Shown one piece after another: positions 39,845-48,599 of a stretch of DNA of 64,000 nt; the stretch's first letter is position 1; every line of letters begins with the position of its first letter. Where the stretch lies: positions 124,001 to 188,000 of IMG/VR virus record IMGVR_UViG_3300034072_001021; one strand, 5' to 3'. The notes beneath the pieces are model-generated. The model worked only from the letters and a program-made list of their open reading frames with translations, did no database searches and was not told the origin of the DNA. The position numbers and the translations under genes are program-made.

Positions 39845-40219
39845 ATGAACAATGTACAAACTCTGAAAGCCAAGTTCCAAGCTGTAATTGCCAAGAACAT
39901 GGTGGGTCTGAAACTGGCTGACGTAACTGTCGACCGCACCAAACGCATGATGGCTCTGGCCGCGCCGTTCGCTAACGATGATCTGATCGTGCCTGAGTGC
40001 ATCGAAATGCTCATTAACCAAGTGACTGATCCGAGCTACCTGTTCAAGGATTCGGTAATCAAAGACGGCGTCGTCTATCCGGAGATCATGGATGAGTCGC
40101 TGTGCGATGAGGTGTTGCAAGGCTTCGTACAACAACTGGAATGGCTGCCGGCTGATGGCAGTGCTACCGTAGTCGCCATCACCCTGTGGTGTGGCGAAGA
40201 GATGCTGAAAAGCGCATAA
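39845..40219 (+). CDS. Hypothetical early protein
   Basis: AGGAG RBS, 124 aa. Confidence 0.7.
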   Translation: MNNVQTLKAKFQAVIAKNMVGLKLADVTVDRTKRMMALAAPFANDDLIVPECIEMLINQVTDPSYLFKDSVIKDGVVYPEIMDESLCDEVLQGFVQQLEWLPADGSATVVAITLWCGEEMLKSA

Positions 40220-40244
40220 CCCAACGTCCTGAGGAGGACACATC

Positions 40245-40370
40245 ATGAAAGAGTTTTCGTTCTTCGTACTCGGTGCCGTCATCGGCGGTCTCTGGGTGAA
40301 ACGCAGCATGGACAATGCCGCGCTCAAGAAAGAAAACGAGGCCCTCAAGGCTCGTTCTGCAACTGCTTAA
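40245..40370 (+). CDS. Small membrane protein, 41 aa (not in the ORF track)
   Basis: GAGGAGG RBS; MKEFSFFVLGAVIGGLWVKRSMDNAALKKENEALKARSATA. Confidence 0.7.
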   Translation: MKEFSFFVLGAVIGGLWVKRSMDNAALKKENEALKARSATA

Positions 40371-40380
40371 GGAGATCAGC

Positions 40381-40515
40381 ATGACTGGCTTCAATCCCTG
40401 GATCGACGTGGCTATCATCGCAGCTATCTGGGTGCCGATAGCCGGTGCCCTGCTGTTCTGCGAATGGCGTAAATCCAAAACCCAAAAGGCGCTCCGCGGC
40501 GCCACCCGCGTGTAA
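40381..40515 (+). CDS. Small membrane protein, 44 aa
   Basis: AAGGAG RBS; MTGFNPWIDVAIIAAIWVPIAGALLFCEWRKSK... Confidence 0.7.
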   Translation: MTGFNPWIDVAIIAAIWVPIAGALLFCEWRKSKTQKALRGATRV

Positions 40516-40547
40516 TACACAACTCAACTGCAATAGGAGCAACAAAC

Positions 40548-40796
40548 ATGTCCTTCATCGAAACCATGAAAGAAATCGGCGGTTCCATCGTGGAAGCCAT
40601 CCAGGAAAACCCCGTAGCCGCCGGCGTCGGCGCTGCTGTGGTCGCTGCTGGTGTCGGTGGTACCATCTGGTACCGTCGCCGTAAGGCTGCCAAGAACGTC
40701 GACGTCAAGGGCACCATCGCCCACCTGGAGCAAGTCGCCGCAGCCGGTAACGAAACCGTTGCCAAGGCTGTCGATGCCGCCCAAGCTTCTGCGTAA
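40548..40796 (+). CDS. Small membrane protein, 82 aa
   Basis: AGGAG RBS; TM VAAGVGAAVVAAGVGGTIWY followed by RRRK. Confidence 0.75.
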   Translation: MSFIETMKEIGGSIVEAIQENPVAAGVGAAVVAAGVGGTIWYRRRKAAKNVDVKGTIAHLEQVAAAGNETVAKAVDAAQASA

Positions 40797-40811
40797 GCAG
40801 GAGCCGGCTAG

Positions 40812-40845
40812 AGAAAGGGGCCTTCGGGCTCCTTTCTTTTTCTTT
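40812..40845 (+). terminator. Intrinsic terminator
   Basis: AGAAAGGGGCC-TTCG-GGCTCCTTTCT followed by a T-tract. Confidence 0.8.
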
Positions 40846-40855
40846 GTTTCCGTTC

Positions 40856-40884
40856 AATTCAACTAAAATTCAGATACACATTAT
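40856..40884 (+). promoter_or_regulatory. Putative early promoter variant AATT-N16-ACACATTAT
   Basis: Same spacing, with TTCAG upstream of the core. Confidence 0.6.
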
Positions 40885-40987
40885 CAACCTGCTTAACACT
40901 AGCATTGGTAAAATAAAACCATGCGAGCTATTGTTGTGCGTTAAACACGTGTTCATAAAACCGCAATACATCCTAGGAGTTACACCA

Positions 40988-41467
40988 ATGTCCGAAGCAC
41001 TGGCCAAAGTCAACCAGGCTGCACAAGCCGTTGCTGCCAACATCCAAGCCGCCATCACCTTCGACGACGACGGCGCCGGCGTCCTGCCCGAGACCTTCGT
41101 GGCCGACAACCTGGCCCTGGCCTCCGGCAACGAAGAGCTGACCATCGAGCAAGTCAAGCTGGTTCAGACCACCTCCTCCAACTTCGCCGTCGGCCTGGCC
41201 CTGGGCCTGGGCAACAGCTCCCTCGAGCTGATGTCCAAGAACAAGAACCTGGACCGCACCAACGCCGCCCTCGAGTTCGGCAACGACCTGATCCGTGCCA
41301 GCGTCGATCGCGAAATGACCGTGCGTGTGCCCGGCACCAACGAAGAGAAGAAGAAGTACGGCAACACCAGCGTCAAGCTGGAAAGCGGCGCTGTCGCCAA
41401 GCGCGGCGAACTGAAGCGTGTTCTGACCCACGTGTCGGACAACTTCGCTGCTGCGTTCGCCAAGTAA
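40988..41467 (+). CDS. Probably highly expressed protein, possibly HU/IHF-like fold (159 aa)
   Basis: AGGAG RBS; very strong C-ending codon bias; own promoter and terminator; VRVPGTNEE resembles the HU arm RNPQTGEE. Confidence 0.6.
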   Translation: MSEALAKVNQAAQAVAANIQAAITFDDDGAGVLPETFVADNLALASGNEELTIEQVKLVQTTSSNFAVGLALGLGNSSLELMSKNKNLDRTNAALEFGNDLIRASVDREMTVRVPGTNEEKKKYGNTSVKLESGAVAKRGELKRVLTHVSDNFAAAFAK

Positions 41468-41486
41468 CTACTTCTCGGCCTGGCCA

Positions 41487-41530
41487 GATAGCCTGGGGGT
41501 GTCCCCAGGCTATCGTCCTTTATTTTTGTT
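41487..41530 (+). terminator. Intrinsic terminator
   Basis: GATAGCCTGGGG-GTGT-CCCCAGGCTATC followed by T-rich sequence. Confidence 0.75.
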
Positions 41531-41562
41531 GACGATGTCTTATCGTCATTAGGAGTTTACCG

Positions 41563-42063
41563 ATGGAAGACGTCATCGTGCTGGATACTCGCGAACAAGC
41601 GTTCCGTGACAAGATCGCTGTACTCGCTTCCGAATTCCTGAAGGGTGGTTACTACACGCGCTTGGTGATGACCGATGACATCATCAGCGTAAAAGATGTC
41701 CATGCTCGCGCCAAGGAGAACAAAGACGAGTTCTTCTACGGTATCGCGCTGCCTGCTGAGATGCAGGAGACGGTGGACAACTTCGTCCGTGTGGACAAGA
41801 AGGTTGTACTGGGACTGATCGAGAAAGGCGAAGAACACCTCAAGTTGGTGGGCCTGGAAGCCGAGTTCGACAAGACTCAGAAAGCTTACCTGGTGAAGAT
41901 CTCCAGCTGCGGCATGGGTTTCTACATCAGCAAGCAGGTACACACTCCTCGTCACCAGCGTCAGAAGCGTATCACTTTGAGTAAGCTCAGCGAAAAACTG
42001 AATTCGACCGAGCATACCAGTGGGCGCCGTAAGATCGTCCTCGGTCAAGACGCCGTGGTCTAA
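41563..42063 (+). CDS. Hypothetical protein
   Basis: AGGAG RBS, 166 aa, basic C-terminus. Confidence 0.7.
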   Translation: MEDVIVLDTREQAFRDKIAVLASEFLKGGYYTRLVMTDDIISVKDVHARAKENKDEFFYGIALPAEMQETVDNFVRVDKKVVLGLIEKGEEHLKLVGLEAEFDKTQKAYLVKISSCGMGFYISKQVHTPRHQRQKRITLSKLSEKLNSTEHTSGRRKIVLGQDAVV

Positions 42064-42070
42064 GCGAAAT

Positions 42071-42100
42071 ATAGATCCCAGGGATATCCCTGGGATCTAT
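42071..42100. repeat. Perfect 30-bp palindrome
   Basis: ATAGATCCCAGGGATATCCCTGGGATCTAT. Confidence 0.9.
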
Positions 42101-42111
42101 GGGGAGTGGAA

Positions 42112-42603
42112 ATGAAGCCAACAGTAATGCAAGCTGCTTTGATTGCCGGCATCGAAGTGATGCGTGAGCGTATTGAGAAAGCGGTAGCTCGCAACGAGAC
42201 ATGGATTTATACCCTTGAGAGCAATCTGATTGATGGGGTGGCTGTCGAAGACACTATTCGACTGACATTCGATAAATCTAGCTTCACGGGTTATTGGCTT
42301 TGCATAAACGCCCATTACTGTGAAGGCGGTGTCGGTCCTCTGGATTCCTTCACGCTACACATTTCGACCAAGTCATTGTTAGTGGTTCTTAACCACAGCA
42401 ATAACGTCAATGGCGTAGAGTCATTCTTCGATCCGATTGATGACGTGGCCATTGTCTTGGATGCGGTAGCTCACTTCCATGCCATGCCGGATAAACTCGA
42501 AGAAATTGTCCAGAAGGCAGAAGCGGAGAAGGCTAAGGCGATCGAGTATCAGCAGCGCCGTTCTCGTTTCACCGTCATCGACAACCCGTCTGTGGTGAAG
42601 TGA
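42112..42603 (+). CDS. Hypothetical protein
   Basis: GGGGAG RBS before ATG 42112. Confidence 0.65.
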   Translation: MKPTVMQAALIAGIEVMRERIEKAVARNETWIYTLESNLIDGVAVEDTIRLTFDKSSFTGYWLCINAHYCEGGVGPLDSFTLHISTKSLLVVLNHSNNVNGVESFFDPIDDVAIVLDAVAHFHAMPDKLEEIVQKAEAEKAKAIEYQQRRSRFTVIDNPSVVK

Positions 42604-42604
42604 A

Positions 42605-43000
42605 ATGACACAGTTAATCAGTTTGCTGGAGTATATCAACGAACATGACGTTGTACTTGACTCCTGCTATAACTACATGGCTCTAGAAGCCGCTATAAGG
42701 GCCATAGAGGACGATCCGGAGTTTCCCCCGTATCATCCAACCAAGTTGACTGACATACGTCAATATGGCCATCTGGAGAGCGTTAATCGACTCCGGGAAT
42801 TGATCAGGAAAGCTGAGTTCAGTTTAGACCTGATTAACGTACCTGCTTTGGTTCAAGGCGGGTACGTGTTTAAGACCCTTTACGGTCGAGAAGCCAAACG
42901 AGGTTTCATGGATAATCGCCAGGTCATCCAGACAAGTAAGGGACGGCTCGTGTTAGACGAGTATGTGACGATTACGTATCATCCTGATCCGGGGCCTTAG
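42605..43000 (+). CDS. Hypothetical protein
   Basis: 131 aa, coupled to the upstream stop; followed by a hairpin and T-tract. Confidence 0.6.
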   Translation: MTQLISLLEYINEHDVVLDSCYNYMALEAAIRAIEDDPEFPPYHPTKLTDIRQYGHLESVNRLRELIRKAEFSLDLINVPALVQGGYVFKTLYGREAKRGFMDNRQVIQTSKGRLVLDEYVTITYHPDPGP

Positions 43001-43030
43001 GGCTCCGGATTTTATTTCTTTTTTTGTTTC

Positions 43031-43059
43031 GATTGGACTTAAAGACAACAATACATAAT
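43031..43059 (+). promoter_or_regulatory. Putative early promoter GATT-N16-ATACATAAT
   Basis: Bipartite motif immediately after a terminator. Confidence 0.7.
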
Positions 43060-43094
43060 AGCGTTGACTTAACCAAATAGCTGAGGCGCTAATT

Positions 43095-44492
43095 ATGTCG
43101 TTTATGCTGGATATGGAATTTAGCAGAATCAATCGCAACAACTCTGCCTGGGTCGTCATCATGATGCTAAATGATCAGCAGGGTGTCATTAAAGACTTCG
43201 ACGGAGAGAAGACTGAAATAGTCCTTAACGTGGGCGACGAAGTTCTGGTTAATTCGACTCCTGTTAAGGGTAGTCGAGGTGTATATGTGAAAATCAATAC
43301 GGAAGGTTATCTTCCAAAAGGGATCTATCACATCTACATCAGGGGCGGGACGTTGATAACTGACGGTATTCCGGTGAGGATGATGTCACCACTCCGCGCA
43401 AAATTCGTCTGTACACAATCAATCAATACCAAGGAAACCACTACCATGATCGATTCCTGCTTCAAACTCATCGAAGGCGAACTCAAAACCACCAACCAGG
43501 CGTATGCTGTCATCAAGCGCCTGGGTGAAACTCGCCGTGTCCAAAGTCACGTCAGTGGGACGATGGACATCCTCCGCATCATCCCCGGCACCAAGTTCCA
43601 CGTCGTGGTGCGTGGTGACAGTAAGGCCATGCTGGTGTTCATGGAAGGTCGCTTCGGCGGCAACTCCACGTTTCGTCAACTGACCCTCGATGGCGAGAAG
43701 AATGTCATGACCACCGGTGACATCCTCCAGTCGCTCGATCTGGTCAAGAAACACGTGGCTGTACTGGAATGGGTCTGCAAAGATCCGGCTGAAGAGGAGA
43801 ACAAGGAACAGGTTAACAAACAACCCGTTCTCAAGGCACCGCAGACGATGACAGATCATGGATACCAATCCATGAGCCAGATGATCTATACCGACAAACT
43901 CACCCTCGGCAACGTGATGTACCGCATCGGCTTTGCCAACAATGGCATGGAGGTGCGTATCGGTAACGTCGACGATGGTCGTTGGTTGATGGCAGTGGTC
44001 AACTACCTGGGTCGTCTCTCCAACCTGAAGGATGCATCTGTCATCGTCGTCGCACGTATCCTCTACGAGGACAATACGGTCGGTGCAATGATGATGGGTA
44101 TTCCCGGCCACAGCGCTCTCGTCAATCACTTCTACGTGATGTCCAACGTAGATGGTGAGTTGCGTTCCTGCGGCACTCCTGACAAGTACTATCCTACTGG
44201 CATGGAGATGCACGTCATCATCGAGGGGACTGTGGAACAGAAGCCTATGGAAGCCAAGAAGAAAGAGCCTCAGGAATGGATTCCCCACAACGGTCAATTC
44301 GTCGTCGTCAAAGACGATCCGAAGAAAACCATGTACATCCTGGGCGACTACGATCAGGCCGAACGCAAGTTCATCCTGACTCTGGCTGACTCGGCTCGTC
44401 GTGAACGTCTGGAATCGCTCCAGATCCGTGGTGAGCCGCCGGTCATCCTGGTCGAGCCGTCCAAGGTACGTCCGTTCGTCCTGACCTACTGA
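43095..44492 (+). CDS. Hypothetical multi-domain protein (possible second start at 43446)
   Basis: 465-aa ORF with GAGG RBS; in-frame ATG at 43446 preceded by AAGGA. Confidence 0.65.
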   Translation: MSFMLDMEFSRINRNNSAWVVIMMLNDQQGVIKDFDGEKTEIVLNVGDEVLVNSTPVKGSRGVYVKINTEGYLPKGIYHIYIRGGTLITDGIPVRMMSPLRAKFVCTQSINTKETTTMIDSCFKLIEGELKTTNQAYAVIKRLGETRRVQSHVSGTMDILRIIPGTKFHVVVRGDSKAMLVFMEGRFGGNSTFRQLTLDGEKNVMTTGDILQSLDLVKKHVAVLEWVCKDPAEEENKEQVNKQPVLKAPQTMTDHGYQSMSQMIYTDKLTLGNVMYRIGFANNGMEVRIGNVDDGRWLMAVVNYLGRLSNLKDASVIVVARILYEDNTVGAMMMGIPGHSALVNHFYVMSNVDGELRSCGTPDKYYPTGMEMHVIIEGTVEQKPMEAKKKEPQEWIPHNGQFVVVKDDPKKTMYILGDYDQAERKFILTLADSARRERLESLQIRGEPPVILVEPSKVRPFVLTY

Positions 44493-44502
44493 TCCATCGA
44501 GA

Positions 44503-44546
44503 CGGCATATACGGGGGCAACTGCCCCCGTATACCGTTCTTTTTTT
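44503..44546. terminator. Terminator with CGGCATA flank
   Basis: TATACGGGGGCA-AC-TGCCCCCGTATA then a T-tract; between convergent genes. Confidence 0.75.
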
Positions 44547-44558
44547 CTTCGTCCAGCT

Positions 44559-45425
44559 TTACAGCTTGATGAAGGTACGGTTGAACTCCGTAACTTGCTC
44601 GGTGAAACCAACGTTGTGCTTGGACACGTTCGCCTCGACGCCGGTCATGAAGGCAGGCTTCAGGTTCGGCGAGGTACCGGTCTTCGGCATGGCATCCAGC
44701 AGCTGCTGAGCGAAGCGATCGACCGCGATACCAACCTGTTGCAGCCCGGTGAACGGGATGGTCAGTACCAGCTCTTCGCCATCGGCGGTCTTGTCGCGAC
44801 GACCGGTGAAATCACCGGCAGTAGTCGGATACATGTTGGTGATCAGCCAAGCGGCATTGACCTTACTGAAGCTCGGGTCGGGCTCGAAGGCGATGATGCT
44901 CATCGAGTACACGTCCGGCAGCAGGTCGGTCGGGCGGTTCATCCGAGTGGCGATGCCCGGAACTTTCGAATCCGGGTCCATGATCAGTTCGGTGATCCAG
45001 GATTCGAAGAACCGCTGGACCGGACGACCGTACTTCTCACGGATGGTCATCGAGGGGTCGGAACGCTGACGCGTCACGTTACTCGGGGTGTGCTGGATCT
45101 CACCGGCACCGGACACCGGAGCTTCCACGCTGTTGACAGTCAGGGTACGGTTGAAGCCGTCCCAGGTCTGAGCGTGCATTTCCACAATGCCCTTCAGGGC
45201 CTTGTAGTAAGCGTCCGGGTTGTCCAGGAATTGGAAGCCGGTGGGGGCCTGCAGAACCTTGATGATCAGATTACGACGAACGTAATCCGTGTTGGCATGG
45301 AAGTAACGCAGGTCGGATTGGTAGGCGTTCTGCCCACCTACCGCCAGGTTGACCATGGGCGAGTTGACGAATTCGCCATATCCCAGGCCGTTGCCCAGGA
45401 GGGTGTCACGATGACGAATAGTCAT
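44559..45425 (-). CDS. Tail tube protein (gp30-like)
   Basis: 288 aa, coupled (TAATG) downstream of the sheath gene; WITELIMDPDSK and AWLITNMYP tube-like pattern; strong codon bias. Confidence 0.75.
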   Translation of the reverse strand: MTIRHRDTLLGNGLGYGEFVNSPMVNLAVGGQNAYQSDLRYFHANTDYVRRNLIIKVLQAPTGFQFLDNPDAYYKALKGIVEMHAQTWDGFNRTLTVNSVEAPVSGAGEIQHTPSNVTRQRSDPSMTIREKYGRPVQRFFESWITELIMDPDSKVPGIATRMNRPTDLLPDVYSMSIIAFEPDPSFSKVNAAWLITNMYPTTAGDFTGRRDKTADGEELVLTIPFTGLQQVGIAVDRFAQQLLDAMPKTGTSPNLKPAFMTGVEANVSKHNVGFTEQVTEFNRTFIKL

Positions 45426-47479
45426 TATTCAGCCTCCGTACCGGTCCGGCGGCCTGCAACAACGGTCAGAACCTCTACCGTCTTCATGCCGTCGAACAGA
45501 CCTTCGATGTCCGTGTGCCAGCTATAACCACGCTGAGTGTCAGCCGGGGTGTAGTAGGAACGCGGGGTGATGTCGGCACGACCGTCGTACTTGTCCTTGA
45601 TCTGACCTTCGATGAAGCGATCGACGTTCACGGCGTACTCATTCGCAGTCATGCGGCTGTCGCCAGTGAACATACGCCATGCCAACTCACCGATACGGTT
45701 GAGGTGACAGCAGATAGCCATCGGGAAGAACGAGTTGAGGACCGACGTGTTGTCGTGGTAGACAGTCTGGATGCCAGGGAAGAACACTTGACCGCGATGG
45801 TCGAAGGGCTCGGCCGAGGAGATGCCAGCTTGCCAGTCGGTGTTACGCGGCTTGACATGACGGAACTTCGCGTTGTGATCGACGAAGCGAGTCACGACAC
45901 GATAGAACGAGTTGTCAGGCGCGAAGCCAGTGCGCATGCGCTCGCCACCCATGTAGGTAGCGACCTTGACGGCGAAGTCGATGGTGAACGGCAGGATACC
46001 GTTGTATTCGCTGTCAAGGTAAGTACCGGCGTGTTTCATCACGACAGCACGGCAGGCACCGGTGTTGTAGAACTCGGATTCCGGGATCAGGGACAGAGCG
46101 TTACGCAGAGTAGCGCCGATGCTGGAATCTTCTTCCGGCTTGTTCAGCGGCTCGAGTACGTCCTGAGTAGAAGCCAGAATCCAGACGTCCGGACGGACGG
46201 CCATGATGTTACCCATCAGGCGCTTGGTTTCCAGAGTGAAGCCGGTGTCGATGAACGCCGACATCGGATAGCTGGCGCGATCAGCGTAAGGGATTTCGCC
46301 CTCACCGAACACGTTCAGCTCTTCTGCAACCATCTGGTCGTAGGCAACCGGAGTCACGGTACCATCGGCACCGCCCAGCAGCCAGTGAGTGGAGTTCTCA
46401 CCGAACAGTACGCCGCCAGCAGCCGGGCCTTCCAGCTTGACGCTGTAGTACGGCACGCCGTTGATGTTGGTGGCACCGAAGATGTTGATGGTGTGTTCCG
46501 GAGTCACTTCACCATCGATCAGACCGTAGTCTTGCTCGGTGGAGTACAGCAACTCAGCCACTGCCTTGACTTCCGCGTCGTAGACATGGAAGGACTTGAG
46601 CGGACCGTAGCCCGAGAACACTTCAGGATCGTTGTTCTCGAAAGCCTTCAGGATGCGCTTGTCGTAGGAGTAGTTGATGTTGGTCTTCGGATCGACCACA
46701 CCGGTCTTCAGGGTGAACTCAACGAAGGGTTCACCATTCAGGTTCATCAGAACCTGGCCAGTGGAATTCTTGTTGGCACGCTCAACGAGGGCCAGGCGGT
46801 ACGGGTACGCGCCTTGTTCTTCGCTCAGCTCAGCGTCGGCCGGGGTCGACGACAGAGTAGTCGGAGATACCAGACGCAGACCGATGTTGGAACCCTTGGC
46901 GCCGAAGAAGCGAGCTTCCACGTCGATCAGCGGGTACATGGTCGAGGTCTGGCCGTCGGCGTTGACCAGGGTGCCAGTAGTGCGGGAAGCTTGACGCAGG
47001 TTGTCTTCGCCCGGCTCGTCCACATGGAAACGAACACGGAAGCCATCCAGCTTCTCGCCAGTCGGAACCAGCTCACCATTGGTGCGCTTGAAGGTACCGT
47101 CGACGTTACGCTCGTACTGGTCGATCTTGTCGGCAACGATGTCAGCCCAGATACGCAGGGTAGCTGTTTTGGCATCGGCCGGTTTCATACGGCGCACCAG
47201 CGCCATAGCGCCGGTCTGCAGGACTTTCTGCAGCATGGCGGCTTGGTGGCTCAGGAACGGAGAACCCGGATAGAAGTTGTCGGCACCATAAATGGTGGAG
47301 AAGCCTTCACCGCTAACCAGGTTAGCAGCATCCGACGGGCCCCAGGAAGTGAGCAGTGGGCAGAACGGCAGGAAGATCGGAAGGTTAACGATCTCCAGCG
47401 GCTGACCTCGGCCACTCACATCCTTGAAACCGAGGACTTCTGTCCGCGGCAAAGAGGAAGCCATTGATACAGACGACAT
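45425..47479 (-). CDS. Tail sheath protein (gp29-like)
   Basis: ~684 aa; WGP near the N-terminus, LLGGADG, FIDTGF; GGAG RBS at ATG 47479. Confidence 0.85.
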   Translation of the reverse strand: MSSVSMASSLPRTEVLGFKDVSGRGQPLEIVNLPIFLPFCPLLTSWGPSDAANLVSGEGFSTIYGADNFYPGSPFLSHQAAMLQKVLQTGAMALVRRMKPADAKTATLRIWADIVADKIDQYERNVDGTFKRTNGELVPTGEKLDGFRVRFHVDEPGEDNLRQASRTTGTLVNADGQTSTMYPLIDVEARFFGAKGSNIGLRLVSPTTLSSTPADAELSEEQGAYPYRLALVERANKNSTGQVLMNLNGEPFVEFTLKTGVVDPKTNINYSYDKRILKAFENNDPEVFSGYGPLKSFHVYDAEVKAVAELLYSTEQDYGLIDGEVTPEHTINIFGATNINGVPYYSVKLEGPAAGGVLFGENSTHWLLGGADGTVTPVAYDQMVAEELNVFGEGEIPYADRASYPMSAFIDTGFTLETKRLMGNIMAVRPDVWILASTQDVLEPLNKPEEDSSIGATLRNALSLIPESEFYNTGACRAVVMKHAGTYLDSEYNGILPFTIDFAVKVATYMGGERMRTGFAPDNSFYRVVTRFVDHNAKFRHVKPRNTDWQAGISSAEPFDHRGQVFFPGIQTVYHDNTSVLNSFFPMAICCHLNRIGELAWRMFTGDSRMTANEYAVNVDRFIEGQIKDKYDGRADITPRSYYTPADTQRGYSWHTDIEGLFDGMKTVEVLTVVAGRRTGTEAE

Positions 47480-47526
47480 TGTGTTGTCTCCCATGGGAAA
47501 AAATCAACTTCGCGCGTGAAGTTACG

Positions 47527-47535
47527 AATGGTATG
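47527..47535 (+). promoter_or_regulatory. Putative late promoter AATGGTATG
   Basis: Upstream of the gp28-25-like block. Confidence 0.55.
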
Positions 47536-47591
47536 GCCCTTGCCCTACTAACAGTAGGATTCGGTAATCGATGAATTCGATACCACCACCA

Positions 47592-47600
47592 CATACTATT
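47592..47600 (-). promoter_or_regulatory. Putative late promoter AATAGTATG
   Basis: Upstream of the sheath gene. Confidence 0.55.
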
Positions 47601-47639
47601 TTGTAATTTTTTACAAGGTACGCTCGGAGAAGAAGGAAA

Positions 47640-48575
47640 ATGATCAATAGCCCTTGGAACGCCACTGTGCTTCGACAGCACCGAGTAGGTGGCATCATTA
47701 GCGAGTTGGCAGTTGCTAAGGCTGTAGGTGGTCTGGTTAAAGACAGTAATTCTGTCATCCTGGTCACACCGCTCAATGAGAAGATCCCGGCATTCGTCAT
47801 GCCGATCACCTCTCACGAATATGCTGATCGCAAACTCGACGAGAACGGTGCTGTATTCGTAGACGGTCGTTCGTACATGCGTGCTGAACGCCGTAATAAT
47901 GCTGGATACGTTGTGGCTAACCAGATGCAAGCCGATTTCGTCAATCGTCTTGGTGAGCTGACTGCTCTCTGGGTAAAGGCACCCACTCAGCGTATGGACT
48001 TCCTCAGAACCGGTGACATTGCTGCCCAGGTTTACATCAACTGGCTCAGCACTGCGATCGCGTCGAAACTGGGTCTCGAACTCGATGTTGCACGCGAGCT
48101 TCAAATCATTACCGGGCTATTCTACATCCATCAGTTCATGCCGGTGGATGAAGCGCTCAGCCAAAGCGGTAAAGAACGTGCTGTCAAGCTGATCCAGCGC
48201 TGGACCAAAGCACCCGTTGAGATGATCAATTCGATCGTCAGCGACGCTCAGTACATGAACCTCATGGAAGACTACGTTGCTGTCGTTCAAGGTCATTTCT
48301 CTGCCAGCACTCGCATCGCCCAGATCAACGTCGGCTTCATGGTCATGGCTCTGAACCGTTCTTGGTTCGGTTATGGTGCTCAGGAAATGTCTGCCGTAGC
48401 CATCGAGTATCCGCCGGCTTTCCTGGCTCTGGTCGAAGCGGCCTGCAATGCCAAGGTATGGCGTAAGACCTACCTGGGCCGCCTGGTTGAACGGTTCAGT
48501 ACTGGTCGTGCTAGCGACGAGTTCACCAAGTCCATGGAAATCCTGGCCGGTCGTGCCCGCGGCACTCTCAACTGA
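47640..48575 (+). CDS. Virion structural protein (gp28-like)
   Basis: 311 aa, divergent from the sheath gene; assignment by synteny. Confidence 0.65.
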   Translation: MINSPWNATVLRQHRVGGIISELAVAKAVGGLVKDSNSVILVTPLNEKIPAFVMPITSHEYADRKLDENGAVFVDGRSYMRAERRNNAGYVVANQMQADFVNRLGELTALWVKAPTQRMDFLRTGDIAAQVYINWLSTAIASKLGLELDVARELQIITGLFYIHQFMPVDEALSQSGKERAVKLIQRWTKAPVEMINSIVSDAQYMNLMEDYVAVVQGHFSASTRIAQINVGFMVMALNRSWFGYGAQEMSAVAIEYPPAFLALVEAACNAKVWRKTYLGRLVERFSTGRASDEFTKSMEILAGRARGTLN

Positions 48576-48599
48576 ACATAAATCCAACAGGTGGATGTC

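Noticed and set aside
40315-40380. ORF-track N-terminal extension MPRSRKK...
   Set aside because: It overlaps the 41-aa gene in another frame; the RBS supports ATG 40381.
45515-47467. 650-aa + strand ORF, and similar long antisense ORFs (25646-27478, 31099-33048, 34041-35585, 50628-52061, 61611-62738, 39002-40348, 21302-22564)
   Set aside because: They mostly mirror strongly codon-biased real genes on the opposite strand, have no RBS or motifs, and show the V/D/H/Q-rich composition of antisense shadows.
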